Shown one piece after another: positions 35,857 through 46,600 of a stretch of 64,000 bases of DNA. Location: the IMG/VR virus record IMGVR_UViG_3300032265_001591, positions 9,724 to 73,723 of that record, one strand, 5' to 3'. Position 1 is the stretch's first letter; each line of letters begins with the position of its first letter. This DNA comes from a virus. Below the pieces are notes generated by a model. That model made no database searches and was not told the DNA's origin. It worked only from the letters and a program-made list of their open reading frames with translations. The translations under genes and the position numbers were made by a program.

Positions 35857-36296
35857 TAGAGTTTAATCCCAAGTTCTTTTTCTGAAGCTATTAAAAATTT
35901 CCAGCCTTTTGCATTACAATATTTATTTGCGGATTCCCATTTTGCTTGGTTTACACCCCAAGTTTGCACCTCAGTTAAGTACCGCTTGTCTATTTGTTTC
36001 TTGGGAACTGGAGGAATGGTTTGAATATATGGCTTGACTTCAACCACGACGGTTTCAATTATGCCTTCTGTGTTTCTTTTTTTGATCCAGAAATCAGGAA
36101 AATAACGATGAACTTTTCCATCTATAGGAGACTTATAGGGTATAAAGAACTCTTCTGATGCCCACTCCAACACGTTTGGATTCTTATCCAAGTGCGCCAT
36201 TAGCTTTAGTTCGTATAAAGACCGATAAATAATAGTAGTCGGGTTGCCTTTATATTTACTTGGATATTTTGCTTTGAAGTAACCTTTATAGCTCAT
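35856..36296 (-). CDS. gp4: Head completion nuclease gp4
   Basis: KYKGNP..I.YRS, W.SEE..IPY.SP.DG.VHRYFPDF, VEVKP, N.AKW. Confidence 0.95.
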   Translation of the reverse strand: MSYKGYFKAKYPSKYKGNPTTIIYRSLYELKLMAHLDKNPNVLEWASEEFFIPYKSPIDGKVHRYFPDFWIKKRNTEGIIETVVVEVKPYIQTIPPVPKKQIDKRYLTEVQTWGVNQAKWESANKYCNAKGWKFLIASEKELGIKL

Positions 36297-36301
36297 AATC
36301 G

Positions 36302-36309
36302 TATTTATA
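36302..36309 (-). promoter_or_regulatory. T4-type late promoter TATAAATA (minus-strand tail-assembly operon)
   Basis: TATTTATA on the + strand just upstream of the gp4 start. Confidence 0.75.
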
Positions 36310-36320
36310 GGAAAACATAA

Positions 36321-37541
36321 ATGTCAGTAAGTAGTTATACAAATAAAGCGGTTAACGGCGTCATTGGTGGTGTCACTAATGCGGCAGGAAGTCTATTAGA
36401 TGGTGCATCAAAAGCGGTAGGTGGTTTATTTGATGGTGTTTCTGGAGCCGTTGGAGATGTCCTTGGCATATTTACTTCAGCTACAAGTGAGAAACATTGT
36501 ACGATTACGCTAAGTTCTTGTGGAATTGGTGATGGAATTAAAAATGACCAAGTAGATCGATCTGGAATCAACAGATTAAATGAACAAAGACCCAAAGCAA
36601 AAAATATTACTGATGAAATGAATAAATATAAAGATGATAAGTCTTATAAGTTTCAAACATATCCTCCAGATTTAACATATAGCAATTATTTTATACAATT
36701 AGAATTTGGTGAATACGTCAGACCATATTTTGGCGACAATAAACAAGATAGTACTAAATTTAATCCTTCATATAGGGTTGATCTACCGTTGCCACCCCAG
36801 TTAACAGATGCACAAGGGTTAGGTTGGCACACAGCTAACTTTGGAGCAACTGGATTAGCAATGAATGCTGTTCAAAAGATTGGAAATCTTGATTGGCAAA
36901 ATAATCTTAGTGCAAGTTCTTGGACAGGACTTGCAAAAAAACTTGAAAATACTGCGGTAGGAATAGGTGAAGCGGCTTTATATGGATTAGGAACAGCAAT
37001 GCAAAATCCAAACAGCAAAGTTCCAAATAGTGTTCTTGGTGTAGATCTTGCTGCGTCAATAGGAAATTTATTAGGTTATTCAATGAACCCCTTTCCTGGG
37101 GCTTTTTACGTTGGACCAGAGCTTAGAGCATTTCAATTTTCATGGATATTTGTTCCAGAATCACGAGAAGAAATGCTTCTTCTTAAATCTATTATTAAAC
37201 AGATAAGAAAAAGAACACTATCACAACCTGCTGGAGAAATAGGAGCATTCTTAAAATATCCTGAAATATGTAAAATAAAACTTTATCCTGATAAATTAAG
37301 TTCAATGTTTCCAATCAAAGAATGCGCGCTAACAGCAATCAATGTTGACTATGCACCATATGGGTTATCATTTCATAATGATAAAAATCCAACAGCTATT
37401 GGAATTGGACTAGTGTTTGCTGAAATACGACCATTATTTAGAGAAGATATTGATGATACTGGAGAATTTTATGATACTTCTGGAAAAGTCGTTCCAAATG
37501 CAATTAAGCCATTAGATCCTTTGGGAGTATTCACTAAATGA
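36321..37541 (+). CDS. gp48: Baseplate tail tube cap gp48-like
   Basis: LPLP, NP....Y.GPELRAFQFSW.F.P.S..E, YPE, C.LT.INVDY.P, L.F.E. Confidence 0.8.
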   Translation: MSVSSYTNKAVNGVIGGVTNAAGSLLDGASKAVGGLFDGVSGAVGDVLGIFTSATSEKHCTITLSSCGIGDGIKNDQVDRSGINRLNEQRPKAKNITDEMNKYKDDKSYKFQTYPPDLTYSNYFIQLEFGEYVRPYFGDNKQDSTKFNPSYRVDLPLPPQLTDAQGLGWHTANFGATGLAMNAVQKIGNLDWQNNLSASSWTGLAKKLENTAVGIGEAALYGLGTAMQNPNSKVPNSVLGVDLAASIGNLLGYSMNPFPGAFYVGPELRAFQFSWIFVPESREEMLLLKSIIKQIRKRTLSQPAGEIGAFLKYPEICKIKLYPDKLSSMFPIKECALTAINVDYAPYGLSFHNDKNPTAIGIGLVFAEIRPLFREDIDDTGEFYDTSGKVVPNAIKPLDPLGVFTK

Positions 37542-38371
37542 AATATTTTTCAAATCTTCCAATCATATCTTATGCTAATAATCTTGCACGGAATATTTTT
37601 TCACGTGTCAAGATAAGTAATACACCTCAGTATTACCCATATACCATGAATGAAGGACAAAAAATTGAACATATTGCATATGACTATTACCAAGATTCGG
37701 ATGATGTTTGGATATTACATCATATCAATAATGTAGTAGACCCATATTTTGATTATTCTTTAAGTCGAATTGATTTTGATCGTTACATTGAAAAGAAATA
37801 TGGTTCAATATATAAGGCTCAAAGAGACATTGCTTTCTATCATACCCATTATTACAATGATGATTCTACTTTAGATGTATCAGAATATAATTCTCTTACA
37901 CCGAGTTCACGTAAAAAGTATTGGGCTCCAGTCTTGGATTTATATGGTAATCCCTATGAATACGTTAGGTCTAAAGAAGATATTGTGATTTCAACAAATA
38001 AAATAATTAGTGCAAATATTACTTTAACAACTAACACCACTTTCGCTACTGGTGAAAAGATAACTCAAAGCACAAGTGGAGGAACAGCTTTCGTTGCATT
38101 TAGTAATTCATCTATGCTAACAATACAGCATATTACTGGAACTATTAATGCTAATAATATTACTGGTAATGATTCCGGTGCAGTTGCAACTGTTCAAGAT
38201 GTAACGACCATAAGCACTCCAATATCAGAAGATGAGTTTGTATACTTCATACCAATTTCTTATTATGATTATGAATTAGATTTAAACACAAAGAAAAAGA
38301 ATATTAATGTTCTCGATAAAGCTTATACGGATATTGTAAGTTCTCAATTTAGGCAATTGATCAATGACTAA
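37538..38371 (+). CDS. gp53: Baseplate wedge gp53
   Basis: YFSNLP.I.Y, LysM-like IAYDYY.D...WIL..IN..VDP, YDYE..LN..K. Confidence 0.85.
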   Translation: MKYFSNLPIISYANNLARNIFSRVKISNTPQYYPYTMNEGQKIEHIAYDYYQDSDDVWILHHINNVVDPYFDYSLSRIDFDRYIEKKYGSIYKAQRDIAFYHTHYYNDDSTLDVSEYNSLTPSSRKKYWAPVLDLYGNPYEYVRSKEDIVISTNKIISANITLTTNTTFATGEKITQSTSGGTAFVAFSNSSMLTIQHITGTINANNITGNDSGAVATVQDVTTISTPISEDEFVYFIPISYYDYELDLNTKKKNINVLDKAYTDIVSSQFRQLIND

Positions 38372-39620
38372 TAACAATGAATTGAATTATGACATATTAA
38401 TAACTGCAATTAATATCATATCTTATGATGGAAAAACTAAACAGAGTATAATCTCTCAAGTCTCCAGTATTGACATTTATGAATCAATATTCAATGCGCT
38501 CGTAAGCTGCGATGTTGAAATAATTGACCAGATCAATATCATTGAAACATTTCCTTTATTGAGACAAAAAGTATATCTTGAGATGGAATACTCTACTCCT
38601 AAACTTGAAGGCAGTGTGAAAAGAAGATTTATTGTAAATGAGATTGGATTGCGTACATATGACAATCAACTTAAAACTTCTAAATATGTTTTACAGTGCT
38701 TAAGCGAAGAAGTTATTCAACATTCAAACCAAGTTGTGACAGAAGCAATTACTGGAGAAGAGATCTCTAAAGCAATTCCTCGATTCGTAAAAACATATTT
38801 AAACTCTAATAAAAAAGTATCAGTAGATAATACTAAAGGCACTCAGTCTATTCAAGTTCTAAATCTCAAACCGTTAAAAGCAATAGATTTCTTAAGAAAG
38901 AAAGCAATATCTAAATCATATGTATCCAATACTTTTCTTTTCTTTGAGAACGTACATGGGTTTCATTTTGTGACGCTTGAATGGTTAATAAGCAATATCA
39001 AAGGTCCGGCCGATGCTAAGTTTTTTCTTAAATTAGGTGATGATCCATCAGTTGCAAGATTTAGAAACATATTAGGTTATCAGGGAATAGTGCAAGATAA
39101 CGCTACAGATATTATTGCATCAGGTGGTTTACATACAGTTCATAAACGTTTAGATATTGCAACTGGTGTAGTAACTGAGTTTGTGACTAAACCAAACATT
39201 GAAGCATTCCTTAGAGGCGCTGGAGTCAATATTTCTCCTCATCTTTCTACGTTCATTACTGATAACAGCAAACAGCCTGCAATCACAGTGTTTACAGTAT
39301 GGGATTCTACTCAAGGTGAAACGTTCTCATATGAACAACCTTTAAGAGATTTTTATATTAATTTATGCACAAGTAATATAACGAGAATACACGTGTATGG
39401 TGATGCAGCATTGACATGTGGAGACACAGTTGATCTACAGTTGCCAGTAGCAAGTAGTGATGTAGAAGATATGAAAAAAGTTAACTATAGCAAATACATG
39501 TCTGGGAAATTTCTAATTTCAAAAATTAGACATATGATAAGCGTTCAAGGAAATGCTTCATTTTCATATCGTATGTCTTTAGAGTTAATACGACCAGCAT
39601 ATGGAGAAACTATACTATGA
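38364..39620 (+). CDS. Baseplate hub protein (gp27-like)
   Basis: IYESI, FLFFEN..GFHFVTLE, GD..L..GD, SGKFLISKIRH; position before gp5. Confidence 0.75.
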   Translation: MTNNNELNYDILITAINIISYDGKTKQSIISQVSSIDIYESIFNALVSCDVEIIDQINIIETFPLLRQKVYLEMEYSTPKLEGSVKRRFIVNEIGLRTYDNQLKTSKYVLQCLSEEVIQHSNQVVTEAITGEEISKAIPRFVKTYLNSNKKVSVDNTKGTQSIQVLNLKPLKAIDFLRKKAISKSYVSNTFLFFENVHGFHFVTLEWLISNIKGPADAKFFLKLGDDPSVARFRNILGYQGIVQDNATDIIASGGLHTVHKRLDIATGVVTEFVTKPNIEAFLRGAGVNISPHLSTFITDNSKQPAITVFTVWDSTQGETFSYEQPLRDFYINLCTSNITRIHVYGDAALTCGDTVDLQLPVASSDVEDMKKVNYSKYMSGKFLISKIRHMISVQGNASFSYRMSLELIRPAYGETIL

Positions 39621-40348
39621 ATAGTTTAAATGATTTAGGAGGAGACGGACTTCTTCGGTGGTTCATAGGTACAGTAGAAGACATCAATGATCCTTTAAAA
39701 TTAGGCAGAGCTAAAGTAAGAATTCCTGCATTACAAGATGGAATCTATACTGAAAACTTAATCTGGGCTCGTCCAATTAGTCCAGTGCAAAGCGCAAGCT
39801 ATTATGGGATTGGAATCTCACCTAATGGTCTTCTCAATGGATCACAAGTCTTTGGTTTCTTTTTAACAGGAACTGAAGGAAATATTCCAATGATAATTGG
39901 ATCAATTTCTAAACACAATAACAATGATCCAAATTTAAGTGATGTGAATGCTCTTGCTAGAGAAGTAAATGACATACCAAAAACACAAATTGATTATGAA
40001 AGTTCTGCTAACCCTGGCGTAACATTCAAAGAACCAAAACCAACATACGCTGCTAAGTACCCTTATAATCATGTAATGAGAACTATATCTGGGCACACTG
40101 TTGAATTTGATGATACGCCTGGTGCAAATAGAATTCACATTTATCATTCATCTGGAACATACATTGAGATTTCCGCAGATGGCAGTCAGGCTACTCATAT
40201 TAAAGGTAACAATACAAACGTTACTCTTAAAGATGAAAAAGTCTTTGTTGAAGGTAAGTCAACCATCATCGTAAAGGGAGAAGCAGAAATCTATTCAGAT
40301 ACTAAGATAACACTTCAAGCTCCTGAAGTAAGTATAAACGGAGGTTGA
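39617..40348 (+). CDS. gp5: Baseplate central spike gp5 (short; OB fold plus short beta-helix, no lysozyme)
   Basis: WFIG.VED.NDPLKLGRAKVR, YPYNHV.RT.SGH..EFDDTPG..RIH.YH.SG. Confidence 0.9.
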   Translation: MNSLNDLGGDGLLRWFIGTVEDINDPLKLGRAKVRIPALQDGIYTENLIWARPISPVQSASYYGIGISPNGLLNGSQVFGFFLTGTEGNIPMIIGSISKHNNNDPNLSDVNALAREVNDIPKTQIDYESSANPGVTFKEPKPTYAAKYPYNHVMRTISGHTVEFDDTPGANRIHIYHSSGTYIEISADGSQATHIKGNNTNVTLKDEKVFVEGKSTIIVKGEAEIYSDTKITLQAPEVSINGG

Positions 40349-40349
40349 T

Positions 40350-41441
40350 ATGGTTATCGTATGTATGAATGGACCATTTGGTGGATTTGATTCTTTATAC
40401 AATCAAATCAAAGACAGTTTAACGCATCCTCCTTTGTTTTCAAGAATTGTAGTTCCAGACATCATTGGAACCCTCCAAGAAAAGATGTTCTCGACGGTTG
40501 AAGATATTGTTGATGCTGCAGGTAATTTAGTTGAAAGAACTAGATCTTATATCAGCATCGTTAACATGGAAGTTTGTCATTTACTATCACATTTAAATGA
40601 TATGTCTTTTTTTGATCTAATCATTAAAGGCGTTAAAAAGATACTTGATTTTGTTGGGCTTAGTAATCTTTTTCGTTCATTCTTTCCAAAGATTTTAGGA
40701 TTAGGAATATCCATTTACGATATTATTGTTGGCGGAATATCTCCTAAAGAAATCTACAAAGCAATACGAGAAGCAATTGACAATGGTTTAGATGTTCTTT
40801 GGAGTTTTGTTCCAAAACCATTTTATATTGATTTAAATCTTCCTGACATTTCTTTACCTAATATTTTTCAAATGATTATGAAACAATATAAGGACATTAT
40901 TTTAAAGCCAATCATGGATTTGGTAGGTATACTTACTGACTTTTTAGATAGCATATCTTTAGGCTTATTTAGTTTTACTCTTCCTCAAGTTCCATCTATT
41001 GGTGAAATAGTCAATAAGCTTTATGAAAAAATTAAAGTGTTTGCAATTGCTAAGGCTATTGATTTAAAAGATATGGTCATGGGAGGATTTAATGAGGTAA
41101 TGTCTCTTGCTAGAAAAATGATGAATTTTGGAATGAAAATTTCTGATCTACTAAATGGATTATCTTTTGGCAGTCTTACGGGATGGCTATTTAAAGCAAT
41201 AGACAATATGTTTAATACAGTGAAAATGATGAGTGTTGAATTGCTGATGCAAGTTAATAATATGATTGATTCAATTTACAATTTTCTGTATAAGACAATA
41301 TGGGATTTTATTACAAGTTTACCCGTGATCGGTGATATAATTAAAGCTATATTTTCTCCAATATGTATTCCAATTCCAACTGTTCAAGATGCGGTAAATG
41401 AAGCAACGAGTGTGGTTGCTTCTGCTATTCCGCGGGTATAA
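40350..41441 (+). CDS. Hypothetical hydrophobic helical protein between gp5 and gp25
   Basis: RBS GGAGG; Ile/Leu/Phe-rich amphipathic repeats. Confidence 0.7.
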   Translation: MVIVCMNGPFGGFDSLYNQIKDSLTHPPLFSRIVVPDIIGTLQEKMFSTVEDIVDAAGNLVERTRSYISIVNMEVCHLLSHLNDMSFFDLIIKGVKKILDFVGLSNLFRSFFPKILGLGISIYDIIVGGISPKEIYKAIREAIDNGLDVLWSFVPKPFYIDLNLPDISLPNIFQMIMKQYKDIILKPIMDLVGILTDFLDSISLGLFSFTLPQVPSIGEIVNKLYEKIKVFAIAKAIDLKDMVMGGFNEVMSLARKMMNFGMKISDLLNGLSFGSLTGWLFKAIDNMFNTVKMMSVELLMQVNNMIDSIYNFLYKTIWDFITSLPVIGDIIKAIFSPICIPIPTVQDAVNEATSVVASAIPRV

Positions 41442-41444
41442 ATA
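41437..41444 (+). promoter_or_regulatory. T4-type late promoter TATAAATA
   Basis: Exact consensus upstream of gp25. Confidence 0.75.
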
Positions 41445-41462
41445 GGAATAAAAAGAACTACT

Positions 41463-41888
41463 ATGGATATAACTTTTTCAGATAGAAAAACTACAGTACT
41501 TCCAAAAACTGAATACTTCAGTGACTTTCTCGTCAATTTGGATGCCCATCCAGATAACATGCAATTGGTAAAAAACATCAATGAAAAGGCTGTAATTAGA
41601 TCTATTAGGAATCTTTTATTTACAAATAAATATGAAAGACTATTTCAACCAGACATTGGTTGTGAGATAAACAAGATACTTTTTGAACCACTCACTCCAG
41701 CATCAGTATCTGCTTTAAAGACGGTAATTGAAAATACTATTCAAAGATATGAACCAAGAGCTGGACTTTTAGAAGTAATAGTAACTCCATATATAGAACA
41801 AAATTTATTAGTAGTTACTATTAAGTTTTTCATCTCAAATAGTCAGCAGCCTGTATCTTTCACCGTTCAACTATCAAGAGTTCGATAA
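41463..41888 (+). CDS. gp25: Baseplate wedge gp25
   Basis: AVIRSIRNLL.T...ER.FQP.IG..I..LFEP...YEPR. Confidence 0.92.
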   Translation: MDITFSDRKTTVLPKTEYFSDFLVNLDAHPDNMQLVKNINEKAVIRSIRNLLFTNKYERLFQPDIGCEINKILFEPLTPASVSALKTVIENTIQRYEPRAGLLEVIVTPYIEQNLLVVTIKFFISNSQQPVSFTVQLSRVR

Positions 41889-43678
41889 TGGCAAATAACA
41901 GTATAAATTTAGTCAATCTTGACTTTGCTTCATTCAAAACTCAGTTAAAAACATATCTTAAATCACAAGATATTTTTAAAGATTATGATTTTGAAGGAAG
42001 TAATATGTCCGTTCTATTGGACATACTTTCATATAATACTTATACGAACTCATTCTATTTGAACATGATTGGTAATGAAATGTTTATGGATACTGCTGTA
42101 TTACGTGACAGCGTAGTCTCTCATGCTAAGATGTTGAATTATGTTCCAAGATCTTTTAAGTCAGCTCGTGCCATCGTTGATCTTACAGTTTATGGTGGAA
42201 ACACATCAGTTACTTCAATCATTGCACCAAAGGGCACCTCGTTCACTTCTAGGGTTGGTTCTAATAACTTCGTATTTGTCACTGATCAGAATCTAATTCT
42301 TACCGGAACCGATGGAACATACTCAGCTGAAAATGTAGACATTTACGAAGGTGATTACGTTAGTGAAAGTTTTGTTGTCAATTATGCAAATACTACTCAA
42401 CGATACATTTTAAATAGCACTAATATTGATACGGATTCAATTACCATTGCTTCTATTGAAGATAATGGTGGTAATACTATCCATTATACACTAGCAACAT
42501 CATTACTTGATAAGACTAGCAATTCGCAAATATATTTTGTTCAAGCTGCACAAAATGAAAAATATGAAGTTTTATTTGGTGATGGAATTAGTGGTAGAAA
42601 ACCAAAAGATAATGCTGTTGTCTTATGTGAATATCGTGTAACAAATGGTGAAATTCCTAATGGTGCATTTAAATTTATATCTGACGGCGCTATTGGCGGA
42701 CTATCAAACGTTCAAGTTGGCACAATTGCTGCCGCAATAGGTGGTTCAGTTAATGAATCAATTGAATCTGTTAAATTTAATGCTCCACGTTATTTTACGG
42801 CTCAGGAAAGAGCAATCACTACTGAAGATTATGAAAATCTTTTGAAAATTAATTTTCCAGAAGTTCTTGCTGTATCAGCTTATGGCGGTCAAGATGTAGA
42901 TCCTCCACAATATGGTCGGGTGTTTGTTGCTGTTGATATTGATCAAGTTGATGGCTTACCTGCAAGTAAGCGTGATGAGTATTATAGTTTCTTAAAGACA
43001 AGATGCCCGGTATCTATTGAACCAATTATCATTGAGCCTGAAATGACATTTGTTTATATTTCAAGTCTTGTTCGTTACAATATTAACACTACAGATTTGT
43101 CAGCTGGTGATATTAAATCATTTGTCTTATCAGCCATTAGCACTTATTCTACTACTTATCTAAATGATTTTAATAAAACATTAAGATATAGTCAATTAGT
43201 CACTACTATTGATAATGCAAATGAAAACATTGTTGGTAATGAAACGGACATTGAAGCAGTTAAGAAGATTCGCCCACAATTGAATAGTAATACTCCTATT
43301 GTATTAGATTTTAATTTTGCTTTAGAGAGTGGTGTTACTTCTGGTAAATTGCGGCATAATAATAGAAGTACTAGTCCAGTATTTTCTAGTAGTTTTGATT
43401 TTCAAAATCGTGTCGCTAGATTACAAGATGATGGTTTAGGTAGTCTTAATATAGTAAAAGCAGATAGTACTTCAATTGAGAAATTAGCTCCGGCTGGAAC
43501 CGTCGACTATACAACTGGAAGATTGAATATTACAGGATTAAATATTCAATCATATTATGGTTCAAGCATTAAAATTTATGTTAGACCTCTACTTAAAGAT
43601 ATATTCTCAACTAAGAATTCAATATTGCAAATAGTTGCAGACGATGTTGAAATTGCAATTGAACAGGTTCGTATATAA
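41888..43678 (+). CDS. gp6: Baseplate wedge gp6
   Basis: LDF..K..LK, DYDFEGS....LLD.L.YNT, FGDG..G, ESIESVKFNAP...Q.RAIT..DY. Confidence 0.95.
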   Translation: MANNSINLVNLDFASFKTQLKTYLKSQDIFKDYDFEGSNMSVLLDILSYNTYTNSFYLNMIGNEMFMDTAVLRDSVVSHAKMLNYVPRSFKSARAIVDLTVYGGNTSVTSIIAPKGTSFTSRVGSNNFVFVTDQNLILTGTDGTYSAENVDIYEGDYVSESFVVNYANTTQRYILNSTNIDTDSITIASIEDNGGNTIHYTLATSLLDKTSNSQIYFVQAAQNEKYEVLFGDGISGRKPKDNAVVLCEYRVTNGEIPNGAFKFISDGAIGGLSNVQVGTIAAAIGGSVNESIESVKFNAPRYFTAQERAITTEDYENLLKINFPEVLAVSAYGGQDVDPPQYGRVFVAVDIDQVDGLPASKRDEYYSFLKTRCPVSIEPIIIEPEMTFVYISSLVRYNINTTDLSAGDIKSFVLSAISTYSTTYLNDFNKTLRYSQLVTTIDNANENIVGNETDIEAVKKIRPQLNSNTPIVLDFNFALESGVTSGKLRHNNRSTSPVFSSSFDFQNRVARLQDDGLGSLNIVKADSTSIEKLAPAGTVDYTTGRLNITGLNIQSYYGSSIKIYVRPLLKDIFSTKNSILQIVADDVEIAIEQVRI

Positions 43679-46600
43679 TGAAAGATATTGAAAAAAATAT
43701 ATCGACATTAATCCAGTCACAATTTCCTTCTTTCTATAATGAAGAAGGAGAGATGTTCATTGCTTTTGTTAAAGCGTACTATGAATGGTTAGAAGAAAAC
43801 GGAAATACTCTATATCATTCTCGCCGTCTTTTAGAATATAGTGATGTTGATAGAACTTTAGATACTTTCATAAAGCAATTTAAAGAACAATATTTAAAGA
43901 ATATTGTATTCACTACTGATTCAAATAAACAACTTTTTATTAAGCACGCATTAGAATTCTATAAGTCTAAAGGATCTCAAAGATCTATAGACCTATTTTT
44001 TAGACTAGTCTATGGTATTCCTGCAGAAGTTTATGTTCCAGCAGATGACATCTTTAGGTTATCTGCTAGTGAATACACAACTCCGTATTATCTTGAAGTC
44101 ACTCGTCAACCTAATAATATCAATTTTGTAGGAAGCCAAATTACAGGAGCTCTTTCTGGCGCTACGGCTTTCGTTGAAAAATTAATTAGAAAAAGAATTA
44201 ATTCTCAAAACATTGATGTTTTTTTCATATCAAACATCAATAAAGATTTTCAAGTTCATGAACCAATTTCTTATTCTAACAATTTTAGTGATTCACCTAG
44301 AATCATTGGATCACTTTCTAGGTTTGAAGTAATTGCAGGTGGTTCAGGATTTGCTGTAGGAGACATCGTTGATATTGATTCAACTACTACAGGAGCTCAA
44401 GCAAAAGGTCGAGTAACAGAAGTTGATAATGTTACAGGCGTTGTTGAATTTGCATTAGTCGATGGCGGATGGGGATTTTCTACTAATGCTCAAGTCATTG
44501 TGTCTGAGAGAGTATTAGTTGTTAATAATGTGATTATGGCAAATACCTCTGTTCCAAACACATACTTGCTATTTGAGAAAGTTACACAACCATTAGCAAA
44601 TATCATATTCACAACGATAACGGGTGCGTTTGCTCCAAAAGATGTATTTCAAAAATATCATTCAAATGGTTCGCTTGCAGCAAATGGAAGAATTTTAGCA
44701 GTCACTCAAAATACTGTAACTAAAACTGGTGAGTTGTTAGTCAATACGAACAGAGGAAATGTTGAACTTGGAACAAGCACGCTTTACATATCTGGAAATG
44801 CTACGTATGCTACTGCTACAAGCATTACTGATAAGACAGCAACCGCAAATGTTATGGGTGTTTCTAGCAATATAGTTTTATATTGCTATGATTCACATGG
44901 TTCATTTAAAATAAATGATGAAGTTTATCAAGGAAATTCAACTGTTGAATGGGCAAATGGCATAGTCTATAATGCAATAGGAACATCAGCAAATCTAACA
45001 TTAACAATATCTAATGTCAATGGGATATTCCGACCATCCGTTGCAAATATATACGCAAGAGCTTCCATTTCTACATATGCACAAGTAAATTCATTTTCTA
45101 CAGCCATTGGGGTTTACGATGTAGATAATGCATTTTCTAAACTTGAATCAAATTATATTAGAGCTCAAACTCCATCTGGGTTTGTAGTTGTTTCTACTGG
45201 TGGTGCTGGATTTGTTAATGCTCAAGCATTAACTTTGATTGGTGGTACTTCAACTATTAGCACGGCTACTGCCACAGCTACTACAAATGCTACTGGTGGA
45301 TTAACAAGAGTAACCATTACATCAGGATTATCTAATTACATAGATAATGAAACTCTCACAATTCAAAGTGGAACATCATCTACAAATGCTACTGGTGTCA
45401 TCAATATTATTCCTGGCTCATCAACTATAGCAAATATCGAACTTGTTAGTGAAGGTTCTCTAGCCGGATTCTCAGTTGGCGGTTTATCACATGAAGAAAC
45501 TGTAGTAGTTAATCAAGATTTAATTTCTTCAAACAATGCAGCAAACGTATATTTTACAAATACTGCATTTATCTTAGATGGTACTGGTTCTGGCATTTCT
45601 TCAAATGGTTATGGGTTTATTAAATTTCCAGTTGGAAACATAAATTCTATTATTCTTGACTGTTTAGATATTTCAAGCAAAGTAGTTGGTACTATTACTG
45701 CAATTACTGGTATTAGTAAGGGCACAAACTATACGCTTGATCCATTTGTTGCAGTAGTTGAACCTGCAATTGTTGCACAGGGTGCAAATGATTATATCTT
45801 TACAGTTATGAACGCAACAGGAAACTTTGCTAATGGTGAATTAATTCAACAAAGTAGAAACATTGCAAATGTTAACATATTAACAGTATCAAGTGCTACG
45901 AGTGGTAATGTAGATATACTCACTGTTACTGATGCAACCGCTCCTTTCACTCTTGGAGAAATAATTTATCAATCAAATGGCACTGCAAATATTGGTTATG
46001 GTACTTTGCAAACTTCTGTCATTACTTCTAATGCTGGAACGATGACCATCAGGCCAGTATCAAATGGGTTTTCAAATGGTGTTTATAAAATAAAAGGTGC
46101 AACTTCAGGTGCAAATGCGACTGTAACATTAGTAAGTTATAACTTCTTCCAGGTAAATGAACAAATTCAACAATATGCCAATAGCACGACAGTTGTTGCT
46201 AATGCAATTGTTCAAAGTGTTTCTATAAACCCAACAACACGAGTTGGATCAATTACAATTAATTCTGTTTCTTCTAATTTTCAAGTGTCTTCGAATAGTT
46301 CAAATGGTTTGATTAGAGGAACTTTAACCGTTGCAAACGCTATTGTTGACACCGTGAATACTGCTAACATAACCGTCAACACGCAAGCCCTTATTCACGG
46401 TGTTGTAAATGATTCAACACTATATGTTAAACGGTTAAGCCTTGCAAATTTCTTTGAAGTCACAACTAATAGTATGGTTATTGGTTTATCTTCAGGTGTT
46501 TCTGCTAACTTAGTAGCATTTGATTATGATGATACAAAGTCAGGAATCAATGCAAACGTTACTGCTAATTCAACTATCGCCAATGGTCACGTAGTTTCAC

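Noticed and set aside
36224-36231. GATAAATA inside gp4 as the late promoter for the gp48 operon
   Set aside because: Plausible, but it is a one-mismatch match in AT-rich coding DNA and cannot be supported without TSS data.
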